Below are positions 1 to 11,880 of a DNA stretch of 64,000 bases, piece after piece (position 1 is the stretch's first letter; each line of letters opens with the position of its first letter). The DNA lies in NCBI GenBank assembly GCA_002104905.1, contig MCFE01000066.1, forward strand, positions 62,001-126,000, read 5' to 3'. The notes beneath the pieces were generated by a model that saw nothing but the letters and a program-made list of their open reading frames with translations, was not told the DNA's origin and made no database searches. The translations under genes were made by a program, and so were the position numbers. The stretch is from Basidiobolus meristosporus CBS 931.73 (Eukaryota; Fungi; Basidiobolomycota).

Positions 1-275
1 TCTAGTTATACCCTGCTTTCCATGCCTGCTTGAGCCCATACAACAATTTTGTAAGTTTGCACACTGTATATGGGCTTTTGGGATTGGTTAATACTTCTGG
101 TTGCTCAATATACATAGTTTCTTGCCAATCCCCATTTAGAGCAGCTGTATTGACATCCATTTGGTGTAGATCTAGACTGTACACAGCAACTAGAGCTTGA
201 GCTATCCTAATGGAGTTAAATTTGGCCACCAAAGTAAATGTTTCCTTAAAGTTTAGTCCCTGTATCTGAAAGATT
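1..275 (-). pseudogene. Ty1/copia reverse transcriptase fragment (runs off window start)
   Basis: Translation GLNFKETFTLVAKFNSIR...LHQMDVNTAALNGDWQETMYIEQPE...VCKLTKLLYGLKQAWKAGY matches the RT of the full copia copies in this window. Confidence 0.9.
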
Positions 276-707
276 CTAATGCAAGCCAAGTTGATGCGGA
301 TATTCAACATAGCTCCATTATATTATGATAATAAGTATCATAGCATCTAAACATATATCATGTAGTATGTCCCTAATTGATTTGGACTCCTGAATGGGAT
401 TATGCAGTTTCTCAAAGTTTCTTCCTTTTGCACATTTCATAATTTGAACCTTGTACAACATGACCTCCTTGGCATATGGCCTTCTTCTTCTCTTAGTGTC
501 TTCTTCAAAGGTAAAGGCCTCTCTCCCCTTAGTAGCATATCCCGTATAGTAGTTCTTTGCAATAGCACTACTCTTCTGTCTTTTGTAACTTCAGGTAGAG
601 AAGGCAGTCTTTATTCAAAATAAAGTGCCAGCTTTAAAGTAAAGTAGATACCCAAGATAGAGCAAGCTCAGCACCAATAACCTGCTAAAATAAAAGATAT
701 TTATATT

Positions 708-1440
708 AGACTTGGTTTGTTACATAGTGCCACATTGAGCTATAAGTGCCAAATAATGCCCTAGTGGGCCACAGAGGCCAACTAGACCTATACTTGGCCA
801 CAGAGTGTGAAGCATAGTTTGGCATATTTGTGCAAAGCAGCTCCTGTGCTTCACCTAGTGTCTTGGAGAAAATATGTTTTTTGCCCTTTTATTTTGGATC
901 AATGTTGTGCATAATGTGTAGGAGTACTGAAGAACAGAAGATAAGCATTTGTTATCCACTACCCATGTCACTCTGAATCTAGCTCCAGAGGTTTGCAACA
1001 TGTCACAAAATTGCATTGCACTTTCTTGGTCTGCTGGTACTACTTGGTGCCATTAGTGTATTGTATAGGTCATAATTTAGGGCCAATATTTAAATGGAAT
1101 GGCAGCTACTACCAGTGGACCAAGACAGTGCCATACATTTTTGTGAAATGTTATAAGCCTCTGGAGCTAGATTCAGAGTACCACTTGTATTGGGGACCAA
1201 ATGCATATCTTCAATCCTTCTGTGCTCTTACACATCATGCACAACATTGATCCCAAAAAAAAAGGTCAATAAACTGGATTCTCTCCAGCACAGTAGGTGA
1301 AACACAGGAGCTGCTTTGCAGAAAAATGCAAAACTATATTTCACACTCCATTGCTAAATATAAATCTGCAGTGCCTCTCTAGCACACAATGGCACTATTT
1401 GGCACTCATGGCTCAATGTGGCACTGTCCAATGAAACAAG
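708..1440. mobile_element. Degenerate foldback MITE of the PHIS/Pangu-like family, right end clipped by ~3 bp
   Basis: Starts ATT|AGACTTGG..ATAGTGCCACATTGAGC, has long inverted arms and the same central spacer as 58913-59646, and ends GTGGCACTGTCCAATGAAACAAG fused to CACTA-like sequence. Confidence 0.85.
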
Positions 1441-1646
1441 AGAAAAAAGACCATGTGGTTATTGTAGCAAGCCTCTCTGCCATTAAGCATGCAGACAGCA
1501 TAGGAAGTATTACAAGGATCATGGTCAATGTTTTGCCACACAAGTCATGCTTGACCATTCATCAGTCACTACTGTACCAACAATATCTTGCCAGCCACTT
1601 GATACTTCTACAGCAGCATCTGGCCATACTTGTCACCTTGTGTAAA

Positions 1647-1965
1647 CCTTAAGAAAAAAACTAAGAAAAGGTCAGCAAAATACTATCATAATATCAGCCA
1701 AATTCCAGGTTTCTCAAAATTGCCAACTCTCCATATCTTTGTTGTTAGCTTATGAGCAGGCAAGCAAACAAGCCCTCCAGGAGGTGACTAGGCTAACTAG
1801 CATCCATGCCAAATTTGGTAATTAGGTGCTCATTACCTCTATCAAAAATTGCATATGAAATTTTGAGCCAAAAACACTAGCTGAATAATGCAAAATACCA
1901 TTTGAATACCAGCAGAATACCAGTTGAAAATAAGATGAACTCCAGGTCTGAGAGCTTACATAGGG
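1647..1965. mobile_element. Putative ~320-bp non-autonomous CCCTA-type element
   Basis: Absent from sister transposase copies at this position; right end CATAGGG, left end degenerate CCTTAAG, flanks AAA/ATA, three subterminal AATACCA repeats (~1893-1923). Confidence 0.45.
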
Positions 1966-3034
1966 ATAATAAGTTTATAGAGTTTGTGATGCCTTTAGAC
2001 TCAACCCAGCACTATTAATATGGCTCACAGAGTGATAGACCTGAAGAAGCAGGCACATTGATGGATTGCAAGCCTATCTTCTCTAACAACAGTACCTTTT
2101 ATGAGCCCAGCAGAATTCCGTTATGCAATGAGACAACACCCATAAAAGAATACCAAGGATACTCTATGGAGTCAAGTGAGCCTGGTAATTGATCCACTGG
2201 TGAATGATGTGATGTTGTGGCTAGAGAAGTTGCGCATTTCCACTAATAGCAATAATGGGATCCTTGAGGATTTTCTACTACTTCTGGCCAAAGTCACCCC
2301 AGGATGCAACTTACCATGTACATGGTATAAATGCAAAACTCTCATATGGCTGACAACCTATGACCTAGAGACTGTGCTGATGCTAGCATGTGTTAACAGT
2401 TGTATGTCATTCACATCCAAAAATGCCACCATTGCAAGGTATCCAACTTGTCAGGTATCCACCACCATTGGGGCAAAATATTGTTCACACTGCGGCTATA
2501 TACCAGTAATACCCTGCATAGAGATACTCCTGCAATCCAACAAATATTGCAAAGCTATAAAGTACCTCATTCAGTATTGATCAAGTGCACATATATCAGG
2601 TATATATGATGGTAAACATTACAAACAGGCTAGAAGAAAGGGCTACTTTGAAAGTATGTATGACCTGTTGAAATATTGGACTATTTGGTATCATTCAGCA
2701 GTTAAAAATTTACTTAACAATCCCAGACTAGTCTTAGTCACTGTAGGACTCATTTACTGCATTAACTTTGCCACTTTCTCCAGATATATGATCTTACGAT
2801 TATTCCCCTATAGTCAGGATCAAATTAGCACTATTACCAAATATTATGTACTAACCCTGAAACTGTTACAGAATGCTCCTGAATATTGAGAAACCCTCCT
2901 TACTTAGTGTTGCAGCTGTATTACTTCTACAAAGGTATAAATACTGAGCTTCTTTATGAATAAACAACAGTTCAACTATTATCACTATTTCTTGATAAGT
3001 TCCTTATATCCAAATCACTTCTTAAGTTGCAACA

Positions 3035-3046
3035 GGTTATGAGCCC
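3035..3046 (+). promoter_or_regulatory. Copia primer-binding site complementary to the tRNAi-Met anticodon arm (half-tRNA priming)
   Basis: GGTTATGAGCCC directly follows the 5' LTR and recurs at 18929, 37752 and (reverse, one mismatch) 22941-22952; this is the Ty5/copia-type PBS. Confidence 0.85.
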
Positions 3047-3070
3047 CAATTGCCTTAATCTATTCTAAAG

Positions 3071-6000
3071 ATGACTTCTACCAGCAAACAAAGCAATACC
3101 AACATCTTCCCTGTAAAGGAGAGGTTTGATGGGAAGAACTACAGACTTTGGAGAATCAAGATGCAGATCCACCTTGAGGAAAGAAAGCTTTGGAACATAG
3201 TAACAGGAAAGGAAGTTGAGCCCAAAGGAACAGCAGAATATGTGGAGAAGTTTCAAAAGAAGGAGAGAAAGGCCTTCAATGCCATATGCATCAATGTGTA
3301 AGACTCCTTCATTGACAAATCCATGCTTCAAATACTGCCAAAGCAGCATGGGAATCCTTAGAGAAGATCTTTAGAGCAAAGTGAGTATCAAGCAAGCTTT
3401 ATTTGAAGCTAAAGTTCTTCAACATGAGGAAGAATCCAGATGATGACATGCTACAACTCATACCAGAATGGAGACACTTGCAGAAGAACTTTACAGTATT
3501 AATGCTGGTGTAGATGATGAAGAAAAGATACTCTGTCTGCTTTGCAGCCTACCAGACAAGTATGAGCCACTCATACTTTCTTTTGAAAGCAGAGAAGACA
3601 ACTTGACTTTAGACTATGTCAAAGGAAGACTTCTCCATGAAGAACTCAGATGTAATGATCAAGCAGAGAAAATTGAAGATAATGCTTTATTCAGTTCAGA
3701 AAGGCATACAGAAAAGAAGGGAAAGCAACAAAACCAAAGAAAACCTGGCTGCTGCAACTACTGTAAGAAGCCAGGACACTAGGCAAGAGAATGCAAGAAG
3801 AAACAAGCAGACAAAAAACAGAAACTAGAGCAGGCAAACCATATAACTACTGATGAACAGGTATTTGTAACTGTACAAGAGAGTGCAAGTAACTAAAGTA
3901 ATGAATGGTATATTGACTCTGGAGCATCACAGCATATTTGTAGTATAATGGATTGGTTCAGCAACTTAAATACTATTCCTGTAAGAAAGGTTTATCTGGG
4001 AGATAACTCTGCATTGGAAGCTACCGCCAGTGGGTCTATACAACTAAATATGAGTGATAACTCAGGGGCAACAACAGCCAAACTGACTGACGTACTGTAT
4101 GTACCTGGAATAGCTAAGAACCTACTCTCAGTCAGTAAAGCAACTACTCAGGGACTGAAATTTGTTTTTACTAAGCTGAGCTGCTCAATATTGAGTGCTA
4201 ATGGACAAAAATTAGCTTTGGCAATCAGAGATCACAATATATACAAGTTACAATGCAAGATCATTGTACCTGAGTATGTCAACATTGCTGAAACTGATGA
4301 AACCAACTGGGAGACATGGCATAGGAGGCTAGGACAAATAGGGGAACAGAAAATGAGCCAATTGGTGAAAAATCAGCTTGTTTTGGGCCTAAAATACTAA
4401 ATTCCAAGCAAATTGAATGTTTGTAAGGGATGTTCATATGGCAAACAAGCTAGGCAACGTTTCAAGAGCTCAGAAGGCATCAATACCACCAAAATGTTGG
4501 CTATTGTACACTCAGACATATGTGGCCCCATGAGAACACTGTCCTTTGGAGCCAAGAGATACTTTATGATGTTTATTAATGACAAGACAAGATATACATG
4601 GGTGTACTTCCTAAAAACAAAGGATGAAGCTTTAGAGACGTTTAAGCACTTCAAGAACATGGCAGAAGCACAAACTGGGTGTAAATTGAAGGTACTACAA
4701 AGTGACATTGGAGGAGAATACTTGCCAAAGGAGTTTGCAAAATACTGCTTGTCTACTGGTATACTTCAACAGACCACAGTTCCTCATACTCCACAGCAAA
4801 ATGGAGTAGCAGAACGTGCAAATAGAACAATAGTAGAGATGGGAAGATCTATGCTACATGATAAGGGAATGGACTACAAGTTTTGGGCTGAATATGTTGC
4901 TACCGCTCTATACATCAAGAACAGAAGCCCAACAACAGCACTACGTGATTCTACACCCTTTGAAGCATATACAGGCAAAAAACCAGATCTCCAGCACCTC
5001 AGGATCTTTGGCAGTGATGTTTTTTATCACATCCCTGACAAAAAACGCTCAAAGTTGGAACCAAAGAGTAGGAAAGGGATCTTTCTTGGGTATTGTGAAG
5101 ATACTAAAGGGTATTGAGTGTATGATGGCAAAATTCAGAAGCTGATCAAGAGCAGGGACATTGTATATAAGGAGAATTCAGATCAGAAAGCCACGGAAAT
5201 CATTGGCCAGCTGCCTGATGAGGCAATCAACACAAATGAAGAAGAAACCTACCAAATCCAGCCAGAGATGGAAGATACTTCTACCAGTTCCAGATCAGAA
5301 CACATTGTCCCAGTTAGGAGATCTACCAGAATAAGAAATGCCCCTGGATCCTGGTGGCAGACATCCAATGATCATGAAGAAGCTTATCTTGCCTTATGTG
5401 CCAAACCTCAGAATCTGAAACAGGCAATGCAAGGTCCAGATGCTACTAAGTGGCAACAAGCCGTGCAGGAGGAGTACCAATCACTGATCAAGGCAAAAAC
5501 GTGGGAACTGGTAGATTTACCAAATGGGAGAAAGCCAATAGGATGTATATGGGCCTACAAGATCAAGATAACCTCAAATGGTGCTGTTGATAAGAACAAG
5601 GCTAGATTGGTGGCTAAGGGTTACTCCCATTTCCATGGACTAGACTTTAAGGAAACATATGCTCTGGTTGCCAGGTTTAACTCCATTGGGACAGTTCTAG
5701 CCCTGGCAGCTGTACACAGTCTAGATCTACACCAAATGGATGTCAAAACAGCCTTTCTAAATGGGAATTTGCAAGAAACTATATATATGGAGCAACCAGA
5801 AGGTTTTACCAATCCAAAAGGCTCCCATAAGGTGTGCAAACTTAGAAAACTGTTGTATGGGCTTAAGCAGACACCCAGAGCATGATATAACAAGATTGAC
5901 ACATATCTAGAGGAAATTGGGTTCTCTTGTAGCACTACAGATCACAGTATATATGTGAAACAGCTCAAAAAAGGTGTGATCATCCCAGTTCTTTATGTGG

Positions 6001-6986
6001 ATGACCTAATTATAGCTACAAGTGATCAAGAGGTACTTAAACAGACAAAATCAGATCTCTTCAGCAAGTTTGAGATGAATGATCTTGGAAAATTGAGCTA
6101 TTTTCTTGGAATTGAAATCAAATTTGACATACCTACGCAGAAAATTGTGCTGAATCAGTCTAAGTACATCAGCAACATTCTTAGATGCTTCAAAATGGAA
6201 AATTGCAAACCTGCAGCAACCCCTAAGGACAATAACCTGAAATTAAGCAAATCTCAGTCAGTTATAGATGAAAACAGCTCAAATATGGACCAAAACTTTC
6301 ACTATCAATCAATGGTTGGTAGCCTCATATACCTGATGGTGTCTACACGTCCAGATATTGCAGTAGCAGTTGGAATAGTCAGTCAATTCATGCAGAATTA
6401 TGGATCAGATCAAATTGCAGCAGTTAAGCGGATTTTCAGATATCTACAAGGTACCATAAATAAGGTACTGGAATACTCTGGAGCAGCTAATAGGCAAAAA
6501 TTTGATGGTTATAGTGATTCAGATTGGGGTAGGGATCTGATTGACAGATGCTCTACCACAGGCTATGTATTTCTTTATGCTGGTGCAGCTATTACTTGGA
6601 ATTGCAAGAAACAACCAACTGTGGCACTATCTACAACTGAAGCCAACTATATGGCTGCATGTCAAGCAACTAAGGAGGCTATATGGCTACAAAAACTATT
6701 CATAGACTTAGGTTTCAATTCAGGTGAACAAACATGTATTTACAAGGGTAATCAAAGTTGTATTTCATTAGCTAGAAATCCTACTAATCATGCCAGAACT
6801 AAGCACATTCATATACAGCATTACTTTGTGAGGGAAGCTGTAGAAAATAACTTAGTAGAGCTGGTTTACTGCCCAACTGACAAAATGGTGGCAGACATAT
6901 TGACAAAACCACTAGCTAGGCCACAGTTTGAGATCCTTAGAGAGAAATTGGGATTAAGAAATTATTTAGTTGAGGGGGAGTGTTGA
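3071..6986 (+). pseudogene. gag-pol: copia gag-pol polyprotein with stops and frameshifts
   Basis: FDGKNYRLWRIKM gag start, CNYCKKPGH zinc knuckle, WYIDSGAS protease, WHRRLG/CKGC plus VHSDICGP..QNGVAER integrase, QMDVKTAFLNG/YVDD RT, GYSDSDWG..RTKHI RNase H. Confidence 0.95.
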
Positions 6987-8206
6987 AATATTGGACTATT
7001 TGGTTTCATTCAGCAGCTAAAAATTTACTTAACAATTCCAGACTAGTCTTAGTCACTGTAGGACTCATTTACTGCCTTAACTTTGCCACTTTCTCCAGAT
7101 ATATGATCTTATGATTATTCCCCTAGAGTCAGGATCAAATTAGCACTATTACCAAACATTATGTACTAACCCTGAAACTGTTACAGAATGCTCCTGAATA
7201 TTGAGAAACCCTCCTTACTTAGTGTTGCAGCTGTATTACCTCTACAAAGGTATAAATACTGAGCTTCTTTATGAGTAAACAACAGCTCAACTATTATCAC
7301 TATTTCTTGATATGTTCCTTATATCCAAATCACTTCTTAAATTGCAACATGACAATGCCTGTGCCTTGGCACTTGATGGATTCTTATTAAACAAGTACTC
7401 TACCACCAAATCCTGCTGGCCACTAATACTCATCAACTTGAATTTGCTGCCTATCCTACAGTATCAGAGCAGAAATGTGATGGAAGTCTCACTGGTATCT
7501 GGTCCTATATAACTGTCCAACCTGGATAGCTACCTGTATCCATTGTTGAATGAATTTTTTATGCTTTCCATCAGGAAGCATTAAATTGCTGTCATATAGA
7601 AGCACATATTATTGTCTGCATTGGAGATACCCCAGCCTTTGGCAAGACAGCCAGCTCTTCTAGCCACAATAGCTGGTATTGCTATAAAATGTGTGAGATC
7701 CAGGGGACTTAATTTATAGTTCACATACATTACTATTACCTGCACACCAACACTAAGAACATCATCTTTTCACAGAGGGAATGTACTGAAGTCAGCATGC
7801 AATTGCAGCAAAGTAGGCAAGCTATAAGCCATTGGCCAGAATATAGAATTAATTTGAAGCTGGAGACACTTAAGATAGAGGGTATCTGTTGGAGCAAAAG
7901 CTTTCCACTGAGATCAATGCAGTTGCTTTTCAAAAATATTCCTATACTGTTGACCTAGTTGTGCATTGAGCATTTTAGGCTAAATGAGCTCATTGAGATA
8001 CTGGAGAAATTTGAAAGAATTGGCAGAATATTACAGAGTATCTGCTATCCTTTGTACTTCTCACCAGCTCCAATCAACATTCATACACATATGTAGCAAT
8101 ACAAGTGAAAGTACTGGATGAGCTGGATATGAACTTGTTCCAGTGGCCTTCTGAAGTCATTTCTACCAAGAGTACATTGGAAGCATTGGGAGTCATATGT
8201 GGACAT

Positions 8207-8903
8207 TGTTGTATCCAAGAGAAAGTGTAATAAAACTCTTGAATGGTTTAACTGAACCAAAGGGGCAATTAAGTGCAGAATCTTAGAATTGTCAGAGAGT
8301 GGCGGAAATATTAGCAGAAAGATTGTGATCTAATATTGGTCTTGGATATAGCTGGGTTGGCTATAAAGACAATGATATTTGTTAGCTAGGCAGGCTAGGC
8401 TTGGTGTTCTTTGGAGTGCTAGATATACTAGGCTTGGATAGAAACTAGAACGGAATTGTTGGATTCTTATTTTTCCTGAGACAGAATCTTAATTTTGTTG
8501 AGATACACACTAAACCAGAAGGTTCAGTAAGCTTTATTTATACTTTTCTGATCAAGTTGAATTAGTAAGCGCCAAGGGACTGGATTGATTGAAGTCAATT
8601 TGGATGTTCATAGGTGCATAAGATAAATGATAATTACATCATCAATCAACCGATGTCTTGGCAACTGCACAGTGGTTGGATAGATCTCAGATGACTAATC
8701 ACCTGGGAAGGCTTGGCAGATAAGTTGATAACGTAATGACCATTTGAAAATAGATCAGGTGTGATAGCTAAGAATAGATTCTGAGGTGGGATAAAATAAA
8801 CTGTAACTGGGATTTGTTATGTTTGGGTTAGGGAAAAGCAGTTAGGGTACTAGATTTTCAAACGGAGTAAAATTGGCTAAGTTTTAAATGTTGATGCACA
8901 ACA
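8207..8903. mobile_element. Solo LTR, family B (697 bp)
   Basis: TGTTGTAT...TGCACAACA with a perfect 5-bp TSD GACAT (8202-8206 / 8904-8908); transposase sequence resumes on both sides. Confidence 0.88.
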
Positions 8904-9084
8904 GACATTGTAGGAATGTTTATTCAGAAGCAAATAACCAACGCCAACTTAGGAAAACTCTACCAAGGTATGCCAGGTTTCTCTGGGTCACAAGCCAACT
9001 TATAAACCATTTAATACAGAATTTGCACAAACAAGAGCCAGAACGCACCTATAATGGGGACTAGAATCCAGCACCTGGATTTAA

Positions 9085-9935
9085 TACATAAGCAACACAA
9101 TGGATAGTAGAAGTTAACCATGCCACTAAATGGCTGGTAGCTAAAGCATTAGCAGTAGCATGTGAACAAGTAGTTGCAAGTTTCATCTACCATGAGATTC
9201 TTATGAAGTTTGGATGCCCTGTAGAGATATTATCCAATAAAGGAGCAAACTTTATGGCAAAGACATTGAAAGCTTACTTGGAAACGCAGCAGATCAAACA
9301 CTTGAAAACCTCAGTGTATCACCTTAGAGCTAATGGAGTCACTGAGTAGCTTAATGGATTAATTAAAAATGCTGACCAAGTATGCAAATGGAGCTGTCAG
9401 TAGATGGGATGAGTATACAGACCAAGCACCTTTTGCATGCAGAGTTAGAGTAAACAACACCACCCAACAATGACAATTTACTAAGTTTATGGATGTGAAC
9501 CAAGATTTACAGGAGATCTCACACAACCAAAGCTTACAGAGGCCTTAGAGATGAGCTCAGTTCACCCATTGGACATCAGCAGCTGCAACAAAGATTTCAA
9601 GAGGCACAGGCCAAAGTATCTCAAAGTGCAGAAAAGATGAAGCAGAAACTTGATAAGACTATATCACCAGAAGCATTGACAGCTCAGAACTTTGTGTTGC
9701 TGAGGAACAACACTTGTACAAAGTTTGAGCCACAACAAACAGGACCTTTTAAGATCATCAGACAGTGTCCATTTGCAACTTACCAACTAGTGGACAAACA
9801 AGGGAATATCCAGCAAAATTTAGCTCATAGACAGACTCAAGCTTGCAAGACTTGCCAACAGTACTGATCATCAAAATATTGGTATTACAAGAAAAGAGAT
9901 TCTGGAGAACCCTATCAACCTTTGTAGCGGAGAAC
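9085..9935 (+). pseudogene. Ty3/gypsy integrase 3' fragment with PPT remnant
   Basis: HATKWLVAKAL..FEPQQTGPFKII is homologous to 26159-27000 of the full gypsy element. Confidence 0.9.
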
Positions 9936-10024
9936 ATTAAGATCTACTGATTGAATGTCCAACTATTCTTCTGCTGTTGTCAGCAGTGGGGTTTGGTTGG
10001 GAACTAGATAGCTTTGCTTTATTT

Positions 10025-10358
10025 TGTTATGATCCGCCACTTGAATGTTTAAGTTAGATCAGCTTTAAGTCAAGTCAATTAGTTATATGTTTAACCTATC
10101 AGAATATCAGTGTTATTTATCAGATTGGTAGCATTAGTCAGCAGATGAATCAGCAGATTCTTACTGCACAGGATTAGATGTATTTAGTAGGATCTTATTG
10201 GGTGATGATGATGCAATCAAATGAGTCATCAGCCACAGCCTATATTAGAAAATATAATTAGGCAGCAATTGATCTGGCAAAAATGTATATAAGCAGCTGC
10301 TTGAACCCCAGTAAAAATCAGTTCAATTTAGTGAGTACAATGCTAGCTGAATTCCCTC
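10025..10358. mobile_element. Gypsy-A LTR (reverse orientation, truncated), adjoining CACTA accessory-gene start (9936-10024)
   Basis: Reverse complement of the 368-bp LTR; the junction ATCATAACA|AAATAAAGC matches the junction at 36037. Confidence 0.85.
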
Positions 10359-10479
10359 TTCCTCCACCACACATATATCAAGACTTGTTACACACACATG
10401 CTCTTGAGACCTTCCTGACCCTGTTCTATATGTCTTTAGCTACATTTACCTCAATGTTAGGAACAAATTGCTAATTCAA

Positions 10480-11880
10480 AGGTCAAGAGCAGAAACTGCC
10501 AAGAATGCCTGAAAGGCATTCAACAGTATGTCCCAGTTGTGTTCAGGTACTGAGAGAATGTATCCTAGATAAATATACTCTCTACTAGCATGCTGACCAA
10601 AAATGAAATGAAAATTTAATATCAGAGTTATTTAGCTGGTTGCTGAAAGTGGAATCTATGGGCATACCTGCTACTGATGAAGGTGTGATAGGTGCCATCC
10701 TGAATAGCTTGACAAAGCAATCTCAGAGCCATGTTTGAGACCCAGTGTCCAGATTTAAAGATTTGGCCTTCATTGTCTATACAGAAGGTTTTAAGAAAGT
10801 CAAGTGCCAATGATTAGAAAAAAGAAAAATCTTTAACACATGATGATGAATAATAAAGGAGTTACTCAGTACCCTATAAAGCAACAGCAACCTGTTTAGC
10901 AGCTACTGCACAAGCAAGGGACACACATCAGACTGATGCCTCAAAAGGGATACAATCAGCAGATAATACCTGAGTATGGAAATGTTGAAGAAGCTGAGAG
11001 CAGACTATTTATGTCTGCACCAAATATGGCTACATAAAAGGACCCTTAAATATGATGTATATACCCTGGACTGTTGCAAAACTTGACAAACCAAAAGAAT
11101 CTTTTCTCTAATTATCAAGAAATTACATTTAAAAAGGTTTTCATGGAAAAGGATAGAGCAATTGATGCAGTTAAAGTAAGAACCATTGTAGTGCACCTGG
11201 GAAACAGAGCAGGAAGCTACACACTTACCTTCAAAGAAGTACTGCAGGTACCAGAAATAGCTAAGAACCTACTATCTGTATATAGAGCCGCATACAAAGT
11301 ACTTAATTAAAGTTCTGATGATTCTGGATGCAGGACTACTGTTAAGGATGTTGCTCATTTTTCTTTGGATTTTAGAGATCAAAATCTGCATAGGTAGACT
11401 TTATATTTCATCATATCTGGAAGCTAATATAACTAACTCAACTAACTCAAATGAGGAAACATTAGTTCTTTGGCACAGGCAATTTATGCACATCAATTTG
11501 GGCTTTTTGTACTAAATTATCAAGGATCAGTTTGTTTACCAATCAAAAGTTAACACCCAGCAAAGAGCCTCCATTTATGAGAAACAAACCAGAAAACAAT
11601 TTACAAGCTTTAGGGTAATCAAAGCTAGGAAGAAGCCTAATCTAACTCACTAAAATCTGTCTGATTCTATGTAGCATTGATCCTTAGGCAAGATGAAGTA
11701 TTGGATCACTTTTGTTGGCAAGTACACAAAATGCATGTTGGTCGACTTCCCAGAAAAAAAGGTAGAAGCTCTCTCTAAGCTTAGGAAGCTCAAAGTTATG
11801 GTGAAAAAAGAAACTGGTAAAAATTAAGAAAATATGTTCCAAAAAAGGTGGAGAATATATTGCAATACCCAGCATCTACA
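10480..11880 (+). pseudogene. Older, second-family Ty1/copia gag-PR-INT remnant
   Basis: EVLQVPEIAKNLLSV, EETLVLWHRQF and KGGEYI copia motifs in broken frames; DNA differs from copia-1. Confidence 0.7.

Larger units (their letters stand above)
2666..7349 (+). mobile_element. Full-length Ty1/copia LTR retrotransposon (copia-1), decayed
   Basis: 369-bp LTRs 2666-3034 and 6981-7349 (TGTTG..CAACA, ~12 mismatches), TSD TGACC/TGACA, PBS GGTTATGAGCCC, PPT AGTTGAGGGGGAG, domain order gag-PR-INT-RT-RH. Confidence 0.97.
1441..9075 (+). pseudogene. CACTA/EnSpm-like transposase remnant interrupted by a small insert (1647-1965), copia-1 (2666-7349) and solo LTR-B (8207-8903)
   Basis: Pieces translate as ACVNSCMSFT..YPTC, then RKGYFESMYD|NACALALDGFLLNKYS..CWPLILINLNLLP (Transposase_21-like); the motif is continuous across the copia insertion. 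Confidence 0.85.

Noticed and set aside
276-707. Possible LTR end plus PBS-like GGTTATTGGTGC (minus strand, ~670-682) and a gag start
   Set aside because: Too degenerate; there is no second copy or convincing translation to support it.
2656-2889. Short ORFs over LTRs/MITEs (also 18514-18717, 37163-37516, 993-1250, 42086-42292) as genes
   Set aside because: They are chance frames in repeated non-coding sequence, with start and stop positions that vary between copies.
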